From NCBI RefSeq assembly GCF_964204645.1, contig NC_134030.1, positions 11,801,947 through 11,865,946 on the forward strand: 64,000 nucleotides of DNA, given 5' to 3'. Numbering within the stretch: the stretch's first letter is position 1; the number at the start of each line of letters is the position of its first letter. This document shows positions 60,270-64,000 of this stretch, piece after piece. Made by a program: the position numbers and the translations under genes. Below the pieces are notes generated by a model, which was not told the DNA's origin, ran no database searches, and saw only the letters and a list, made by a program, of their open reading frames with translations. This DNA comes from Tubulanus polymorphus (taxonomy: Eukaryota > Animalia > Nemertea).

Positions 60270-63228
60270 TGCATACGCGGTGGCGTCGCCTTATATCTCC
60301 ACAATATTTTCAATTTCAAAAGTCGCCCGGACTTGATGATCGCTAGTACAAATTTTGAAAGCGTTTTCGCAGAAATTATGTCCTATTAACTCAAAATTCC
60401 TAATTGGTGTAATTTATCGACCACCTGGTCGCAGTCTAAATGATTTTCAATCCGAATTCTCCAGCTTACTAGACAAGATAAACGGATCATCACAAAAATG
60501 TTTTATACTAGGTGACTTTAACATTGATCTTCTGCAATCAGATTCCCACCTACCCACAGAAAACTTTCTAACTAGCTTAACAGCGAACTCATTCATACCT
60601 CTCATTGATAACCCTACGCGTATAACGGATGTCTCTTCATCTTCGATTGATAATATATTTACTAATTGTTATCTTGATTTCACCTTCAATAATGGTATTT
60701 TACTCACAGACATATCGGATCACTTGCCTATTTTTACGAGTATTTCCTCCAAGAAAAACCCTTGCAAAGTTACTAAGAATAAGAAAATAAGTTATCGAAA
60801 AATCTGCGAAGAAACCATTACATCTTTCAGGAGAAAATTAATAACTTGTGATTGGACTGATGTTTTAAATACAAATGATGCAAATGCAGCTTACGATAGG
60901 TTTTTTGAGAAGTTCAATATTTTGTACGAAGAATGTTTCCCAATTATAACGAGGAACTTCTCTAAGTACAAGGACACTAAGTATCCTTGGATGACTTCTG
61001 GATTGTAAGACTCAGTAAAACGTAAAGATAAATTATTTAAAAGGTTCTTACTTAACAGCTCGCCTCAAAACAAGAGCAAGTATACGAGATACAAAAATAT
61101 TCTTAACATGTGTATTAAAACGTCAAAAAAGAAGTTTTATGAAGGTTTATTTCAAAAATGTAAAAGCCCTAAAGATACCTGGAAAATTATTGGTGGGCTA
61201 ATTTCTAACAATCAAACCACTTGTAATAGAGCTTCATACCCCTTAGTCTTTAAAACAAATTCAACCACGCTTAGTAGCCCTGCAGATATTAGTAACGGAT
61301 TTAACAACTATTATACAAATATTGGCAAGTCACTTGCTCAAGACAACCACCCTCCCAACATGATCCCAGCTTCTATCTTGGACATCCTCTTGCCGAAAAT
61401 TTATTCTTTTTACCGACTAACAGTCTCGAAATCCAAAATATTGCCAAAGCTTTCAAACTCAAAGATAGTTGTGGTCATGATGACATAAGCCAACGTGTCA
61501 TCAAACAAGTCATTGATCGGATTTCTGTTCCGTTAGCTCATGTATCCAATCGCAGTATGGTTACGGGTGTTGTTCCTATTGCTTTAAAAATTGCCAGGGT
61601 AAAACCTTTGTACAAATCGGGAGAAGACGATATTTTCAGTAATTATAGGCCTATTTCACTACTCACGTACTTTAGCAAAATTCTAGAAAAAAATAATATT
61701 TACTCCTTTATCTAGTTTTCTAGAAAAATATGGAATTCTCAGTGAGTATCAGTTTGGTTTCAGAAAACACTATTCTACGTCCCTAGCAGTTGCAACTATT
61801 TCTGATAAAATTACTGAAAGTATGGATAAAGGTGAGACTACAATTGGAATATTTCTAGACTTGTCAAAAGCCTTTGATACTATAGATCACAAAATATTAT
61901 CTAACAAATTGGATCACTATGGTATCAGAGGCTTACCTCTTTTGTGGTTTAAAAGTTACTTGTCGGACAGAAAACAGGCAGTTGTTATTGATAAACATAC
62001 TTCTTCTCTTAGTCCAATTAGTCTCGGAGTGCCACAAGGTTCTGTCTTAGGCCCAATTCTATTTCTACTATACATAAATGATTGCGTTAATGCTTCAATC
62101 TCCAATTTTCCAGTATGTGTTGTTTGCTGATGATTCCAATATTTTCAAAAGCCACTCAAATCCGAGCCATCTTGAACTCATTATAAACACAGAATTAGCT
62201 AAACTTGTAGATTGGTTTAAAGCAAACAAATTATCGTTAAATCTTTAAAAAAAACGTATTACATTGTTTTTAATAGAAGGCCTTGTAATATTCAAATGAA
62301 CTTGTCTATAGATGGTAAACCCCTATCCAGGGTTCAAGACACAAAATTCTTAGGCGTTCAAATTGATGAAAAACTAAACTGGAAAAAAACACATAAGTAT
62401 TATCTCAACGACGGTAGCCAAAAATATTGGTATCATCTACAAATTATCAAAACTTTTACCATGTAATGTACTAAGACAACTGTATTACAGTCTTATCTAC
62501 CCTCACCTATTTTATTGCAATATTGTTTGGGGCAACAACTCCGATTCTGCTCTAGGTAAGTTATTCAAACTTCAAAAAAGAGTGATAAGAATCATCAGCA
62601 AAAGTTACTACCTAGAACATACAGGCCCGTTATTTAAAGCCACTCAGATCTTAAAACTCCATGATATAAACAATCTTCTTGTTGGGCAGTTTGTGTATTG
62701 TCATTCCCACAACCTTCTACCTCGCACGTTCGCTGATCTTTTTGAGTTAAATGCATCAATTCATAATCATCATACCAGATCGAGGACTAACCTTCGCTTA
62801 AGTCATTACCGTACTAATGTTAAAAAGTTTTCATTGAGAGTAAAGGGTCCAAAACTTTGGAATCAAATTAGTCAGTCAATAAAAACCAGTAAAAGTTTGA
62901 ATATTTTCAAATCAAATATGAAACGCCATTATATATCCACTTATTAATTGATTGTCCTCTTTTGCTGATCCTTCTTAAGCTGCTTTATATTTATTTAGCA
63001 TACTAGTGTATTTTCTCGTAAATCTCTGTATTTATCGCAGTTAATTTAAAACAGCAGTTTATTAGCCAACTACTACATTTTATATATTTAACATTCCTTT
63101 TCAGGGTTTCAGTTTATACAAGCCTTGCTTTTTCTGAAACCCCAGTTTTATATTACAACATTATGTATTAACAATAACATTGTACACATTGTTGCAATTT
63201 ATTTCTGAAATAAATAAATAAATAAATA
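60270..63228 (+). mobile_element. 5'-truncated L2/CR1-group (Crack-like) LINE, APE plus RT, degenerate
   Basis: GVIYRPP, GDFNIDL, PTRIT, SDHLP; NYRPISL, FLDLSKAFDTIDH, GVPQGSVLGP.LF..YIND, FADD; GPKLWN; (AAAT)n tail; stops and frameshifts. Confidence 0.92.
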
Positions 63229-64000
63229 CAAAAATGGGGAAGTAAGTTGAACACAATTTGGTCAGGTTGAACCCCTACCAATGGACCTAGAGTTAGGCGA
63301 GGCATTAGTTTAAACCACGTGCGTCTCGTTCAGCTCATGGGAATTTTTCTAATAACTGCAGATAAAGTTGTTAGAATGGACGAACGAACGTAAGGACCAA
63401 TCGTTGAAGCATATACGCGTCCCTATATACCAACGCTACGGGCCTGCTTTTGAATATTATTACTAGCTGTCCAAAGTTTATTTTACTTGTACGCGGAGAA
63501 GAGGTGTTCTTTCAGTGATGTTAACCCTCATAACACGTCCCGACAAGAGGGTTGGAAGAAAAAGTAAGTTGAACCTTGGAGTAATCATTTGACATGTCCG
63601 ATGATTACTCCAAGGTTCAGCAAATAAGCTTTCAAAATTATTTTTGAATGGCGATTCATTTGGGCGAAATTATTTGTAACAAAAAACGGTAGGCCTAGCG
63701 ATCGGCTATAACATTGGGTTGCTTGTTCCTTGCCAAATCTAAGGGAGCCACGAGCAATAGAGCCATAATTTAAGGAATGCTGGTTCTTTCTACAAAAGGA
63801 TTCCAGAATCTTCAGAGAGTAGTTCAATCCAGCAGTTCAATTGGGAATGGTCATTATCAGGTGTATACAAGTGGAGGAGTAGAAAACATACGTAGGATAA
63901 GGATCGTGTCGATTAATAGCTAGAGTCTGGATTCAATGGATATAGAGAAGTTCCTTAGGGTGATTTAGAATGTACAGTTGACTTCGCTGAAGTCGGATCT

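Overview
AT-rich, intron-containing animal genomic DNA, probably from a marine invertebrate (the exact taxon cannot be read from the sequence). I assembled three spliced genes by hand with GT-AG junctions and consistent phases; the ORF track shows only fragments of them. They are a 3-exon HRG1/SLC48A1 heme transporter (+, 2603-17601), a convergent 3-exon NDUFA8 complex I subunit (-, 28071-20990) and a 20-coding-exon semaphorin-5 (+, 42521-54636). A decayed class A GPCR pseudogene lies at ~59.1-59.7 kb. The rest is dense, often nested mobile DNA: MITEs and foldback elements, Helentron-type HINEs with 154-bp internal tandem repeats, BEL/Pao and hAT remnants, CR1, L2/Crack and RTEX-like LINEs, and a tRNA-derived SINE. 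The most notable items are: two minimal Penelope-type hammerhead ribozyme motifs, one in the loop of a 47-bp perfect inverted repeat; strong over-representation of the octamer TAGGCCTA, with related AGGCC motifs appearing as micro-insertions; a transposon-borne CLEAR motif, a decayed exon-1 duplicate and a triplicated 3' end at the HRG1 locus; and a Galileo-like foldback element. No CRISPR array or prokaryote-type system is supported. Family assignments come from recalled motifs, not database searches.
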